The notes under the pieces: model-generated | Database searches by the model: none | Told to the model about the DNA's origin: nothing | Seen by the model: the letters and a program-made list of their open reading frames with translations, nothing else | Shown: piece after piece, positions 25,661 to 39,172 of the stretch | How the letters are laid out: every line of letters starts with the position of its first letter | Position numbering within the stretch: the first letter of the stretch is position 1 | Position numbers and translations under genes: made by a program | Source: Malacoraja senta | Lineage: Eukaryota | Assembly (NCBI GenBank): GCA_038087875.1 | Contig: CM075993.1 | Coordinates: 3,288,001-3,352,000, forward strand | Direction: 5' to 3' | DNA: 64,000 nucleotides

Positions 25661-26014
25661 AGACTCTTTCAGTAGTTGTAAGCCGGACACCTTCAGATTC
25701 AGGGACAGTTTCTTCCAGCTGTTATCGGGCACTGAATCATCCTACCACAACCAGAGAGCGGTCCTGAACTACTATCTACCTCATTGGTGACCCTCGGACT
25801 ATCCTTGATCGGACTTTGCTGGCTTTACCTTGCACTAAACGTTATTCCCTTATCATGTATCTATACACTGTGGACGGCTCGATTGGTAATCATGTATTGT
25901 CTTTCCGCTGACTGGATAGCAGCACGAAAGCTTGTCACTGTGCCTCGGTACCTGTGGCAATAAACTAAACTGAACTATATGGAGCGATGTGAGGCTGAAG
26001 AAGGGTCTCGACCT

Positions 26015-26410
26015 GAAACGTCACCTATTCCTTCTCTCCAGAGATGCTGCCTGACCCGCTGAGTTACTCCAGCACTCTGTGAAACGTCACCTATCCATGT
26101 TCTCCAGAGATGCTGCCTGACCCCGCTGAGTTACTCCCAGCACTGTTTAAAACGTCACCTATCCATGTTCTCCACAGATGCTGCCTGACCCGCTGAGTTA
26201 CTCCAGCACTCTGTGAACCGTCACCTATCCATGTTCTCCACAGATGCTGCCTGACCCGCTGAGTTACTCCAGCACTCTGGGAAACGTCACACCTATCCAT
26301 GTTCTCCACAGATGCTGCCTGACCCGCTGAGTTACTCCAGCACTCTGTGAAACGTCACCTATCCATGTTCTCCACAGATGCTGCCTGACCCGCTGAGTTA
26401 CTCCAGCTCT
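26015..26410 (+). repeat. Six tandem ~66-bp units derived from the Penelope pLTR
   Basis: Unit GAAACGTCACCTATCCATGTTCTCCACAGATGCTGCCTGACCCGCTGAGTTACTCCAGCACTCTGT. Confidence 0.92.
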
Positions 26411-28039
26411 CTGTGTGTCTATCTGGAGTGTTGGGCTGGATTGTCCTTGGTGTGTGGCTTTTCATTGGCATCGCTCCCAGTCAGTTCAGAACTTTGCATC
26501 TGGTGGAGTCGACCTCCGGTCTCTCTCCAGCTCGCTTCCATTACAATAAACACCCATGTAGAATCAATTTGCTGCACACACCAAGATTTAATATCCCCTT
26601 GCTCAACACCTCCGGGACCCCCGCACACTCAGAGAAGCAATAAAACCTGCCACCGTTTGGCTCCCTCCTGGACAATATTGGTGATGGATTTCAAAACATT
26701 TAAGTCTGAGACATCGCAGCAGACCAACCACACATGGACACATTCAAGTCAACCTCAGCTACGGGTGTCCCAGCGGTAGAGCTGCTGCCTCACAGCGCCA
26801 GAGACCCAGGTTCGATTCTGACTATGGGTGCTGTGCTGTACAGAGTTTATACGATCTCCCCGTGACTGCGTGGGTTTTCTCCAGCATCTCCCGGTTCCTC
26901 CCACACTCCAAAGACGGACAGGTTTGTCGGCGAGCTCTACGACTAGTTCCACTGTCCACCTGATTGTGCGCCCGGTTGTCACCTTCCCCTCAGCCAACTA
27001 TGGACCGCTCTACATTTCATCGATCAGCGTCTGCTTTTGATCTGTCATTTTCACACCTTAACCCTTGCATATCTCTGGGCTCCTTCTCCCCCTGACTCTC
27101 AGCCCGAAGAAGGGTCTCGATCCGAAACTCACCCATCCCTTCTCTCCAGAGATGCTGCCTGTCCCACTGAGTTACTCCAGCATTTTTGGGTGTATCTTTG
27201 GTTTAAACCAGCATCTGCAGTTCCTTCCTACACATCGGTCCTCAGATATGGGGCCCAAAACCTCACAAGACTCTAAATGCAGTCTGACGAGTGCCTTATA
27301 AAGCCAGGTATAATGGATAGAATAGTTTAGAGGGATATGGACCAACATAGGCAGGTAGAGTTCGTCTAGATGGGTATAGATAGAATAGAATGCCATTTAT
27401 TGTCATTTAAAAATAGAAACATAGAAACATAGAAGTTAGGTGCAGGAGTAGGTCATTCGGCCCTTCGAGCCTGCACCGCCATTCAATATGATCATGGCTG
27501 ATCATCCAACTCAGTATCCCGTACCTGCCTTCTCTCCATACCCTCTGATCCCTTTAGCCACAAGGGCCACATCTAACTCCCTCTTAAATATAGCCAATGA
27601 ACTGGCTTAGACTACCCTCTGTGGCAGAGAGTTCCAGAGATTCACCACTCTCTGTGTGAAAAAAGTTCTTCTCATCTCGGTTTTAAAGGATTTCCCCCTT
27701 ATCCTTAAGCTGTGACCCCTTGTCCCGGACTTCCCCAACATCGGGAGCAATCTTCCCGATGTTGGGGAACTTTGCAGCACAGTCAACTGTGCTGCAAAGG
27801 CAAGTTGTGTGGGGTGGGGAGACACCCGATGTAGACACAAGGATACTGCAATTCATGGTATACAAAAAAAGACATAAAGTGCCAGAGCTACTCATTGGGT
27901 CAGGCAGCATCTCGAGAACATGGATGAGCAACATTTCGGGCCAGGATCCTTAAAGAAGGGTCCCAAGCTGAAATGTTACCCATCCATGTTCTCCAAAGAC
28001 ACCGCCTGACCTTGTGTCTTTTTTAAATCTCATACAAGG

Positions 28040-28795
28040 TTCAAACAAAATTTCGTTCCTGCAGTCATAACAGGAAAAAACCAAAACACACAATTAACAC
28101 AATTCCACATAAACATCCATCACAGTGAATCTCCAAACACCTCCTCACTGTGATGGAAGGCAAAAGTCTTATCTCTTCCCTGTTCTCTGTTCTTTATTCT
28201 TCTCCCGCAGTCAACTGCTGTATCGAGCTGATCGAGGCTCTTGATGTTTGAGCCCCCGGCGGGTGATGGTAAGTCCCGCGGCCGTTTAAGCCGCGCCGGG
28301 CGATGTAAGGGCCCGCTCCGGGTCGATTTAAACCCCTCGATTCGGGCGGGCGAAGTTGCCGTTGCGGGAGCTCCGAAAAGCGGTCTCGCACCAGGGACCA
28401 GCGAGCTCCCGATGTTACCGTCCACAGGGCCTGCAGCCGAAAGCCTCCGAAGCTCCGAAGCCGGGTCGCAGCCGCGCGCCACCACAGCGCTCCGCGCTCC
28501 GAAGTCGGCCAGCTCCGCGATGGTGAGTCCGCAGGCTCCGCGACTGGGGCCCCAGGTCGATTCCGGTTGGAGGCCGCCGGCTCCACGATGTTAGGCCCCA
28601 ACGACAATGGAGACTCGACATGGAAAAGGTCGCGTCCCCGTTCAGGGAAGAGATTAAAAAGTCCCCCCCCCCCCCCCATATACACAGCTAAAAATAAAGT
28701 ACAACTAAAAACTAAAAACATACACCTAACAGGACAAAAAGAAAGAAAAGACAGACGGACTGCAGCCGAGCCGCTGCCACAAGACGCTGCCACAA
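28040..28795 (-). mobile_element. CpG-rich interspersed repeat of uncertain class, interrupting a V-SINE
   Basis: GC/CpG-rich block abutting a minus-strand SINE head (28800-28925); left part resembles sequence at 40400-40510 and 40905-40930. The overlapping ORFs have no recognisable motif. Confidence 0.4.
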
Positions 28796-30147
28796 CGCAA
28801 ACCCACGCAGGACACGGGGAGATCGTACAAACTCCGTACAGACAGCACCCCGCAGTCGGGATCGAACCCGGATCTCTGGCGCAGCAAGCGCTGTAAGGCA
28901 GCGACTCTACCGCTGCGCCACCGTGACCGACCCTCATTCTTCACCGCTGCTCCACCATTTTGTGTCGACCTTCCGCAGTTCATACAATGAGCTGGATGCC
29001 CTGCAGGGCACACAGAGCACTCACAAACGAGCGCTGATACATTTCCAGGTCAGGACCTCGCATCAACGAGTTTAACAAATGAAGACATTTTCATTTATTT
29101 GAAGAGCAGTGATGGAAATATACAGCGCAGAGAGTCATTATTGTTAATCATCCTAACTCTAGTGATGGTGATTTATAAAACATTTTATTGAATCGGACAC
29201 CATCAGGACCTGAAAATAGGCACAAAATGCTGGAGTAACTCAGCAGGAGAGGCAGCATCTTTAGAGAGGGTCTCGACCCAAAACGTCACCCATTCCTTCT
29301 CTCCAGAGATGCTGCCTGTCCCGCTGAGTTACTCCAGCATTTTCTATCTATCTTTAGATTAGTTTAGAGATACAGCATGTAAACAGATGGGACCAGTGTA
29401 GATGGGGCATGTTGGACACCTCACCTTTCCATATCTCTAGTTTCCCTCCTCCCTGACTCTCAGTCTGAGGAAGGGTCTCAACCTGAAACATCACCCATTC
29501 CTTCTCTCCAGACATGCTGCCTGTTAGTGAGTTAGTGTCTATCTTTGCATGTTGGCCCATTCTGGTTAACTGGTTTGTTAACTAGTGCGAACGGGTGATC
29601 AATGGTTGGCATGGACTCAGTGGGCTGAAGGCCCGTTTCCAACATAATTTAGATTGTATAATTAGCTTCATTGCAAAAGCCTTGGCCAATTAGTGTCTTC
29701 AGCTCCCTTATGCTTTGAGCACTTTCAGATAGAACTCGAAGCCTTTATGGTCATGTGCATAGCTGGTTTGATGAAACCATAAGATTAAATCATGTGATAA
29801 GTGCAGAATTCGGCCCATCAAGTCTACTCCGCCATTCAATCATGGCTGATCTATCTCTCCCTCCTAACCCCATTCTCCTGCCTTCTCCCCATAACCCCTG
29901 ACACCCGTACTAATCAAGAATCTATCGATCTCTGCTTTAAATCTATCCACTGACTTGGCCTCCACAGCCTTCTGTGGCAAAGAATTCCACAGATTCACCA
30001 CCCTCTGACTAAAGAAATTTCCTCCTCATCTCCTTCCTAAAAGAACATCCTTTAATTCTGAGGCTATTTTGGCCTCTGATCCTGGATTCTCCCACTAGTG
30101 GAAACATCGTCTCCGCATCCACTCTGTCCAAGCCTTTCACTATTCTG

Positions 30148-30279
30148 GGAGATTGCAACCTTCACGTGGTCCGTCCTGTTTCGACGAATGCAATCAACCC
30201 GGCGTGCAGTCAAATAAGATCAAATAGACAAGTTGTCCTACAACTTTAGGCTGTGCATGCCACACGCAAGAAGAAGAAG
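30148..30279 (+). mobile_element. 132-bp retroposon-like insert with (GAA)n tail and 8-bp TSD
   Basis: CTATTCTG at 30140-30147 and 30280-30287; inserted in a CR1 fragment; related sequence at 10287-10328. Confidence 0.75.
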
Positions 30280-30780
30280 CTATTCTGTACGTTTCAATGA
30301 GGTTTTTCAATGAATTATAAAAGGAAAAAAAGAGAGGCATTTGTTTCGTTCAACTCCTTCCTGCCTGAATAAATGGGGAGATTTGAGCTGACATACGGAG
30401 AGATGCACTGTGGAGATATTTCTCTCTGCCTTAGGGCTGAAATCTGTGCACAGCAGATGCCAGGCATTTGAGGAGTTGTGATCTCCGCTGCAGATTTGCC
30501 CATTTAGTGGTCCAACGAAGAGCATAATAATGTTTTTTCCCCAAACTGTCTTTTCAAGTCTGACGTTGTCGCCTAGCGTGGGTGATGGAAGTGGAAATTT
30601 AATTAGAATTCATTCTGAGACAATGGATATCACAGCACATATGTTCACTAGCGCGTCCACCATTATATTGCTAATGAGAATAACAATTGTTTATGACACT
30701 GAAGTTCTCGCTGCTAATTTTGCCTTCAAGCTTATGTTTAACTGCTTCGAGGCCAATAACCTCTTCTGTTATAGTTGTAA

Positions 30781-31128
30781 CCCAGCGGTATGAATATTGA
30801 TTTCTCTACTTCAAGTAACCCTTGCATCCCCTCCCTCTCCATCCCACCCCACCCTAATCATTGTACCAGTTCCCTGTCATCCTGGTGAGTTTCATTGTCT
30901 GTAACTCGTTTTCACCTAGCCCACAGCCAACAATGGCCTGCTTCCTTGATCATCGCTTATCTCTCATTTATTTGTTCTCTATCTCTCTACATCACCGTCT
31001 ATATCTCTTGTTTCACTCTCCCCTGACTCTCAGTCTGAAGAAGGGTCTCGACCCGAAACATCACCTAATCCTTTTCTCCAGAGATGCTGCCTGACCCGCT
31101 GAGTTACTCCAGCTTTTTGTGTCTATCT
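30781..31128 (+). mobile_element. Penelope-like element 3' fragment with hammerhead core
   Basis: CCCAGCGGTATGAATATTGATTTC (PSGMNIDF) through CTGAAGAAGGGTCTCGACCCGAAACATC at 31035. Confidence 0.8.
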
Positions 31129-32986
31129 CCTGCTATAGTTTAGAGATACAGCGCGGGAACAGGCCCCTCGACCCACTGAGTCCGCGCCGACCAGCGATCC
31201 TCTAATTCTATTCAAGAGAGTCAAGAGAATTTATTGTCATGTGTCCCAGATAGGACAATGATATTCTTACTTTGCCACTATCCTACATATTAAGGACAAT
31301 TTCCAATTTTTACTAAAGCCAATAACCGAAACGTCTTTGGAGCGTGGGAGGAAACCGGAGCACCCGGAGAAAACACGGAAAACGTGCAAACTCCGTAGAG
31401 ACAGCACCCATAGCCAGGATCGATCCCGGGTCTCTGGCGCTGTGAGGCAGCAACTCTACCGCTGCACCACGATGCTGCAAGCAAATAAATATAATTCATA
31501 TACTTCAAATGCTTCAGTCTCCCACATTATAATATAAGAAGCATAAAAATCTTCCAAGTGTGAAGTTGTTAAATATAAATGCACAAATTAATTAGGCCTG
31601 TTTGCTCTTTATATAAAAGCGACATTTGAACGTTTTTATTCGATAATCTCTGTCATTGCTATGAGAACCTCTAAATATACAACTCCGCACAGATCACTCC
31701 CGTGGTCAGGATCGAACCCGAGTCTCTGGCGCTGTGAGGCAGCAGCTTATAGAGGTGTACAAGATCATGGGTGGATAGATCGGGTAGACGCACAGAGTCT
31801 CTTCCCTACAGCAGGGGAATCGAGGACCAGAGGACATAGGTTTAAGGTGAAGGAGAAAAGATTCAATGGGAATCTAAGGGATAACCTTTTCACACAAAGG
31901 GTGGTGGGTGTATGGAACAAGCTGCCAGGGAAGATAGTTGAGGCAGGGACTATCACAATGTTTAAGAAACAATTAGACAGGTACATGGAAAGGAGAGGTT
32001 TATGGGCCAAGGATATGGGCTAAATGCAGGCAGGTGGGACTAGTGTAGATGGGACATATTGGTCAGAGTGGGAAAATTGGGCTGAAAGGCCTGTTTCCAC
32101 GCTGTATCACTCTATAACAGAAGACTGCCTTATAATGGTGAATGGATCGTGAGGATGCATTAGCATTAGTGCGGACCTGTTGAGTCAAATGTGTTCTTTG
32201 TAGGATGTAGGTTCAATATTAATTCCTTGAACCTGCCATGTACTCGAGAAGGAACGGGTGACGTTTCGGGTCGAGACCCTTCTTCAGACTGAGAGTCAGG
32301 GGAGAGGGAGGGGAGAGATATGCAAGGTGTGAAAATGAAGAAGGGTCTCGACCCGAAACGTCGCCCATTCCTTTTCTCCAGAGATGCTGCCTGCACCCGC
32401 TGAGTTACTCCAGCATTTTGTCTTACCTGTGCGATTGATGCTGGAACAATCGAAGGTAGACAAAAATGCTGGAGAAACTCAGCGGGTGAGGCAGCATCTA
32501 TGAAGCGAAGGAATGGGTGACGTTTCGGGTCGAGACCCTTCACCAGACTGATGATTTTGTGTCTTCCTTCACCCATTAAACAGCTGTTTTTCTTCTGTGT
32601 GGAAACAAATAAGGGACTGCAGAGCGATGTAGACTTCAAGCGTTGCGTTTAATAATAGTACAGTCCGGACTGGGCAGCTGTTTGGCAGGGTGCAGCACAG
32701 CTGCTCATGAGACACCTACTACGATTGTTTTGGGAACGGGACAAATGTGCCGTCGGCTGTGCCGGCAATTGGGCAAATCCCCGGCGGAGGTTGGAGTCCA
32801 GCCTCGCTCACGGCCCGGCCCACAGCTGCCACCTCCGCACTGCGCCTGTGGAAATATTTTGAATTTTGATTAATCCGGCTCGCCGAAACTTTGTTCCCAT
32901 AAAGACGAGAGAAAAATTGACAATTGTTTTAAAGACCAGCAGAATAATGGCATGCTCCAGAAATCTGCTGACCAGGAATCTTTTCA

Positions 32987-33270
32987 GGGCGGCACAGTGG
33001 CGCAGCGGTAGAGTTGCTACCTCACAGCGCCGGAGACCCGGGTTCAATCCTGACTACGGGTGCTGTCTGTACGGAGTTTGTACATTCTCCCCTGCGTGGG
33101 TCTTCTCCGGGTGCTCTGGTTCCCTCCCACACTCCAAAGACGTACAGGTTTGTAGGTTAATTGGCTTCTGCGTATTGTCCCCTAGTGTGTGGATAGAACT
33201 AGTGTACTGGGTCAGCGCGGACACGGTGGGCCGAAGGGCCTGTTTCTGTGCTATATCTCTGGACTAAATT
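32987..33270 (+). mobile_element. Near full-length HE1-like tRNA-derived V-SINE
   Basis: Head GGGCGGCACAGTGGCGCAGCGGTAGAG...GGGTTCAATCC, V-domain, and 3' tail shared with CR1/HER1. Confidence 0.88.
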
Positions 33271-33627
33271 AAACCAAACCCAAGTCATTGGCACCAGACT
33301 GCCATAGAACAGAGAACACACAGTACAGCAACAGGCCCTTCGGCCCATCAACATTTGTGCCTGAACATGATACTAATTTAAACGAATCACCTCTGCCCGC
33401 ATGTGATTCACAGCCTTCCATTCCCTGCACAACCCTGTCTATCCAAAGGCTTCTTAGATTGACTGTTGCCTTGCCCATACCACCATCTTTGACAGTATGA
33501 CAGACATCAAGTCCAGAGTTGTCACATGTCCCAGATAGAACAATGACATTCTCACTTGCAGCAGCACAACAGAATATGTAAACATAGTACACTGTGAACA
33601 ATATAATAAATGAGAAAAACAAGTTCA

Positions 33628-34310
<683 letters not shown>

Positions 34311-36813
34311 AACAACAAACAAAAATAGTGCAAATGTCAAAACCGATGTGTACTTCAGAGTTTATTTGAGGTTGTGGTGTTTAATAGCCTGGTGGCTGTG
34401 GGGAAGTAGCTGTTCCTGAACCTGGACGTTACAGTTTTCAGGCTCCTGTACCTTCTTCCCGATGGCAGGGGTGAAGTGAGAGCGTGGTCAGGGTGGTGTG
34501 GGTCTCTGTTGATGCTGGCTGCCTTTTTGAGGGAACCTGAAAAGTCACCCTTTCCTTTTCTCTGGAGATGCTGCCTGACCCTCTGAATTTACTCCAGCTG
34601 TTTGTGTCTATCTTCAGTGCCAACCAACATCTGCAGTTCCTTCTTACACCTATCCATCCATGCTCTCCAGAGATGCTGCCTGACCCGCTCAGTTACTCCA
34701 GCACTTTGAGTGCTTTTTATTTTAGACAATAGACAATAGGTGCAGGAGCAGGCCATTCGGCCCTTCGAGCCAGCACTGCCATTCAATGTGATCATGGCTG
34801 ATCATCCCCAATCAGTACCCCGTTCCCGCCTTCTCCCCATATCCCCTGACTCCACAATTTTTAAGAGCCCTATCTAGCTCTCCCTTGAAAGTATCCAGAG
34901 AACCTGCCTCCACCGCCCACAGACTCACAACTCTCTGTGTGAAATAGTGTTTCCTCATCTCCGTTCTAAATGGCTTACCCCTTATTTCTTAAACTGTGGC
35001 CCCTGGTTCTGGACTCCCCCAACATCGGAAACATGTTTCCTGCCTCTAGCGTGTCCAAACCCTTAATAATCATATATGTTTCAATAAGATCCCCTCTCAT
35101 CCGTCTAAACTCCAGAGTGTACAAGCCCACAATTTTGCATAAACCAACACTGCAGTTCCTTGTATATCTCCCATTGAATGTCAGACTGAGTTAGGGGAAT
35201 TGAAATCATTAATCTGCTCACTCTGCCTGTTCGGTGTTAGTAAAATGCTGTTCAATTATATCTTGGCACACGCTTTTGTGAACCTTCTGTTCCATTTTTC
35301 ACAGGTTCTACCGCAACTAAGGCGTTAAAATATTTCGCTATTAGGAGTCCAATGTGCAAATTGGGGAAACTGTCAAAACAAAATATTTATACACAGTGCT
35401 GGAGAAAGATGGGGCTTGATTTAGAATCTTATCGCTGCCTTCACAGCTGTCCCCGTGGACTCACGTGTTGTGAATAGCTTTCAAGTAATTGAGTGCAAAG
35501 ACAAGCAAGCGCATTGAGCAATTTGCCGCTGCACACTCCTAATGCAAAATTAGCCCTGTTTGCATCCATTATGACATCTAATGCATAAGGTCATAAGTGA
35601 TGGGGAGTGGAATCAGTCACGGTGGCCCAGCGGTAGAGTTGCTGCCCTATAGTGCTCGCAGCGCCAGGGACCCGGGTTCGATCCCGACTACGGGTGCTTG
35701 TCTGTACGGAGTTTGTACGTTCTCCCCGTGACCTGCGTGGGTTTTCTCAGAAACTTCGGTTTCCTCCCACACTCCAAAGACGCGCAGGTGTGTAGGTATA
35801 TTGGCTTGGTAAAAACGTAAAAATTGGCCCTCGTGTGTGCATGTGTAAGATAGTGTTAATGTGCGGGGATCGCTGGTCAACACGGACTCGGCGGGCCTCT
35901 GGTGCTGCAAGCACGGTAAGGCAGCAACTCTACTGCTGCTCCACCGCTGATGGGGCCTTCTTTCTGATGGCATCAATGTAATGGGAATTTTAGCCACTGA
36001 AAGATAGAGGAGGTAAAAGCCTAGCTCTATAGTAAAATGATACAAAAACATCGTGAAGGACCTGTCCACATCACCTCCTCTCCGCTACTCAACGTAATGA
36101 GTTGGGCAGGTGCTCCGTAGATACTCAACCACCTCTAACACCACAATGGACACCGCTTTATTGAATTTTCATTCCATTTGGTTAAAATATCATGGCATTT
36201 GTAAGTTTCCGAGTCGATTCACACTTACAATAAGCACATTGCCACCAAGAGACCCTTGTGTGACATTTGAAGCAATTACATTCTCCTCCTTCACATCCAC
36301 TTGAAATTAGTTTGGGATATCTAGTTTTGTTTTCTTTGAGTTTAGACATACAGTGCGGGAAACAGGCCCTTCGGTCCACCGAGCCCACACCGACCAGCGA
36401 TCCCCGCACACTAACGCTACCCAACACACACGGGGGGACAATCCACATTGATACCAAGCCAATTAACCTACAAACCTGCACGTCTTTGGAGTGCGGGAGG
36501 AAACCGAAGATCTCGGGGGGAAAAAAAAAACCCACGCAGGTCAAGATACAAGATACAGTTGGTACGGTGAGATGTGTGGTCACCATACAGGCATACAAAT
36601 AAAATGAAGAACCACAACACACGATAGTCCAACATAAAACACGGGGTCACGGGGAGAACGTACAAACTCCATACGGACAGCACCAGTAGTCTGGATCGAA
36701 CCCGGGTCCCTGGCACTGGAAGGCAGCAACTCTACCGCTGCGCCACCATGCCGCCCAATGTCGAATGTCAACACAGCATCATTTGTGAGGATGAAACATG
36801 ATATGAATATGAA

Positions 36814-37262
36814 TCGGGGTTAGAAGGCATTCAGAGATTCAAGGAGGAATATTGATTCAGTGCTGACAGTGTCAATTTGCAGGAATGTCTCAAAGGGTCT
36901 GATTGTCTACTCAAAGATTGCAATGAATACACTCTAGCAGCAGCCACCTCGTGGACAGCAAACCTCCACAAACACATTGAGATTTCCTGACCCATTTAAA
37001 TAGCACTCGAGTTAGCCACCTCAGTGTAAGTTGAATAGTATTCAACTTACACTGAGGTGGCTAACTCGAGTGCTATTTAAATGGGTCAGGAAATCTCAAT
37101 GTGTTTGTGGAGGTTTGCTGTCCACGAGGTGGCTGCTGCTAGAGTGTATTCATTGCAATCTTTGAGTAGACAATCAGACCCTTTGAGACATTCCTGCAAA
37201 TTGACACTGTCAGCACTGAATCAATATTCCTCCTTGAATCTCTGAATGCCTTCTAACCCCGA
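36814..37262. repeat. 449-bp palindrome: 224-bp arms around a 1-nt spacer at 37038
   Basis: Centre ...GTAAGTTGAATA-G-TATTCAACTTAC...; ends TCGGGGTTAGAAGGCATTC and GAATGCCTTCTAACCCCGA. No mismatch seen by eye. Confidence 0.95.
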
Positions 37263-38715
37263 GAATGCCTTCTAATGCCAGCACCGTGGCTGATCATCCA
37301 CAATCCATACCCCGTTCCTGCCTTCTCCCCATATCCCCTGACTCCGCTATTTTTAAGAGCCCTATCTAACTCTCTCTTGAAAGCATCCAGAGAACCTGCC
37401 TCCATCGTCCTGTGAGGCAGAGAATTCCACAGACTCACAACTCTCTGTGAGAAAAAGTGTTTCCTCGTCTCCGCTCTAAATGGCTTACCCCTTATTCTTA
37501 AACTGTGGCCCCTGGTTCTGGACTCCCCCAACATCGGGAACATGTTTCCTGCCTCTAGCGTGTCCAAACCCTTAACAATCTTATATGTTTCAATAAGAGC
37601 GATCGTTGTCAATAATAATAACAACTTTTACCCTCCCATTTATTCACAACCAGCAATCAGACGTTACTTTCTCAAACTCGGATTGTTTTCTTTCAGGCTT
37701 GTTTTCTCTGGAAGTTTATGGGGGAGACCGGATAGAAGTGTATAAAACGATGAGGGACAGATTGGGTGGGCAGTTTTTCCCCAAAGATCCTATAGCGAGC
37801 AAGATAGTCGACGAAAAAGACGTAGTACGGTCATGGGCAGATTCATGGGTAATTTTCGGCCCCATTTCCGTAACCGGCTTCCGTCTCCGCACCAAAGAAC
37901 CCGTAGCGGAGCAAAGATACTAGTGCGGAGACGGAAGCCGGTTACGGAAACATCCTCGCAAAAATAAAAGTTCTTTGGGAAAAATCTTCTCATTATAGAT
38001 CAGCCATGATTGAATGGCGGAATAGACATGATGGGCCAAATGGCCTAATTTTGCTCCTATGACTCCTGAGATGAATTTGACGGCTCAGAGTTACAAATCT
38101 CCCCTACCCTCTCCCCAAGACCCTAATCGTTTCCTCCTGCCACTGACTGCTGCCAGCGGGAATCGCAGGAAGCAGGAGCTCGGGGAGGGAGAAGTGAGCG
38201 TGCACTTTCAGCTGGAATCCCACAGCTTCAGAACTGATTAACCTTCAATGAGAAAAGCACTTCACAAATCAATGCCGGAACCTGCTGCATGCAGCATCGA
38301 TCGCTCGCCCGCTCGCTCCGCCAGGGCTTTTAAGAGAGATTTGTTATGCCGAGTCATCTCAAACTGTGCATCTGAATGGCAAGTTGCCATAGTGTGGGGT
38401 TCTGGTCCTGGCAGCTTTGCAATTCAAAGTCAGTAACTGGTCAGAATGGGCATCGCATAGTGCAAAGAGCATCAGCGCGGCGGTAGGCTTTGCAGCCGGT
38501 CAAAGAGTATCGTTTCAGTTCAGTTTTAGTTTGGAGACGCAGCACGGAAACAGGCCCTTCGGCCCGTCGAGTCCGCACCGACCAGCGATCACCCCGTACA
38601 CTAACACTATCTTACACACACTAGGGACAATGTGCAATCTTTACCCAATCAAATTAACCTGCAAACCTGCACGTCTTTGGAGTGTTGAATTGAATTGAAT
38701 TGAATTGAATGCTAA

Positions 38716-39172
38716 AGGGGCTGTCCCACTTGGCCGTCATTTGCGCGCCATTTATGCAACCTCCAAAAATGCGGTCGTCGCGTTGTGACGCATGGGTAGC
38801 GTGTGGGTAGCGCATGACGGGCGCATGGAGGAGTGTGGAGTTGTGTGCGGTATCGCGCGGCGCTCCAGGATTTCGTGCAGCGCGAAATCCTCACGCGCCA
38901 CCTGCATGACGTATCGCGTGCGCACGCTGACGCATTGGGTACGCACGCTGACGCATTGGCGTCGCACGCTGGCGTCCCGACATCTCACGTGTAATGCGTG
39001 GTGACGCATGGTTACGTAGCCGCGCGCCGCAGGGTATTCTAATGATGTCACGCGCACCAGACGGCACGATGACGCGTGATTTGCGATCGATGTCGCACGT
39101 AATGACGCGTCGACCTATTTTACATATGACGCGTAAATGAGGCGCAAATTACGGCCAAGTGGGACAGGCCCT
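38716..39172. mobile_element. CpG-rich Harbinger-type MITE
   Basis: TIR AGGG(g/c)CTGTCCCACTTGGCCGT(c/a)ATTTGCGC; flanked by TAA and TTA. Partial relatives at 21137-21270, 39562-39770 and 48185-48357. Confidence 0.82.

Noticed and set aside
28120..29013. GC-rich overlapping ORFs as a gene or CpG-island promoter
   Set aside because: No recognisable domain, open in several frames because of GC content, and embedded in or overlapping repeats.
32987..33060. tRNA-like sequence with A and B boxes
   Set aside because: Head of an HE1-like SINE continuing into the V-domain and LINE tail; many copies in the window and no complete cloverleaf.
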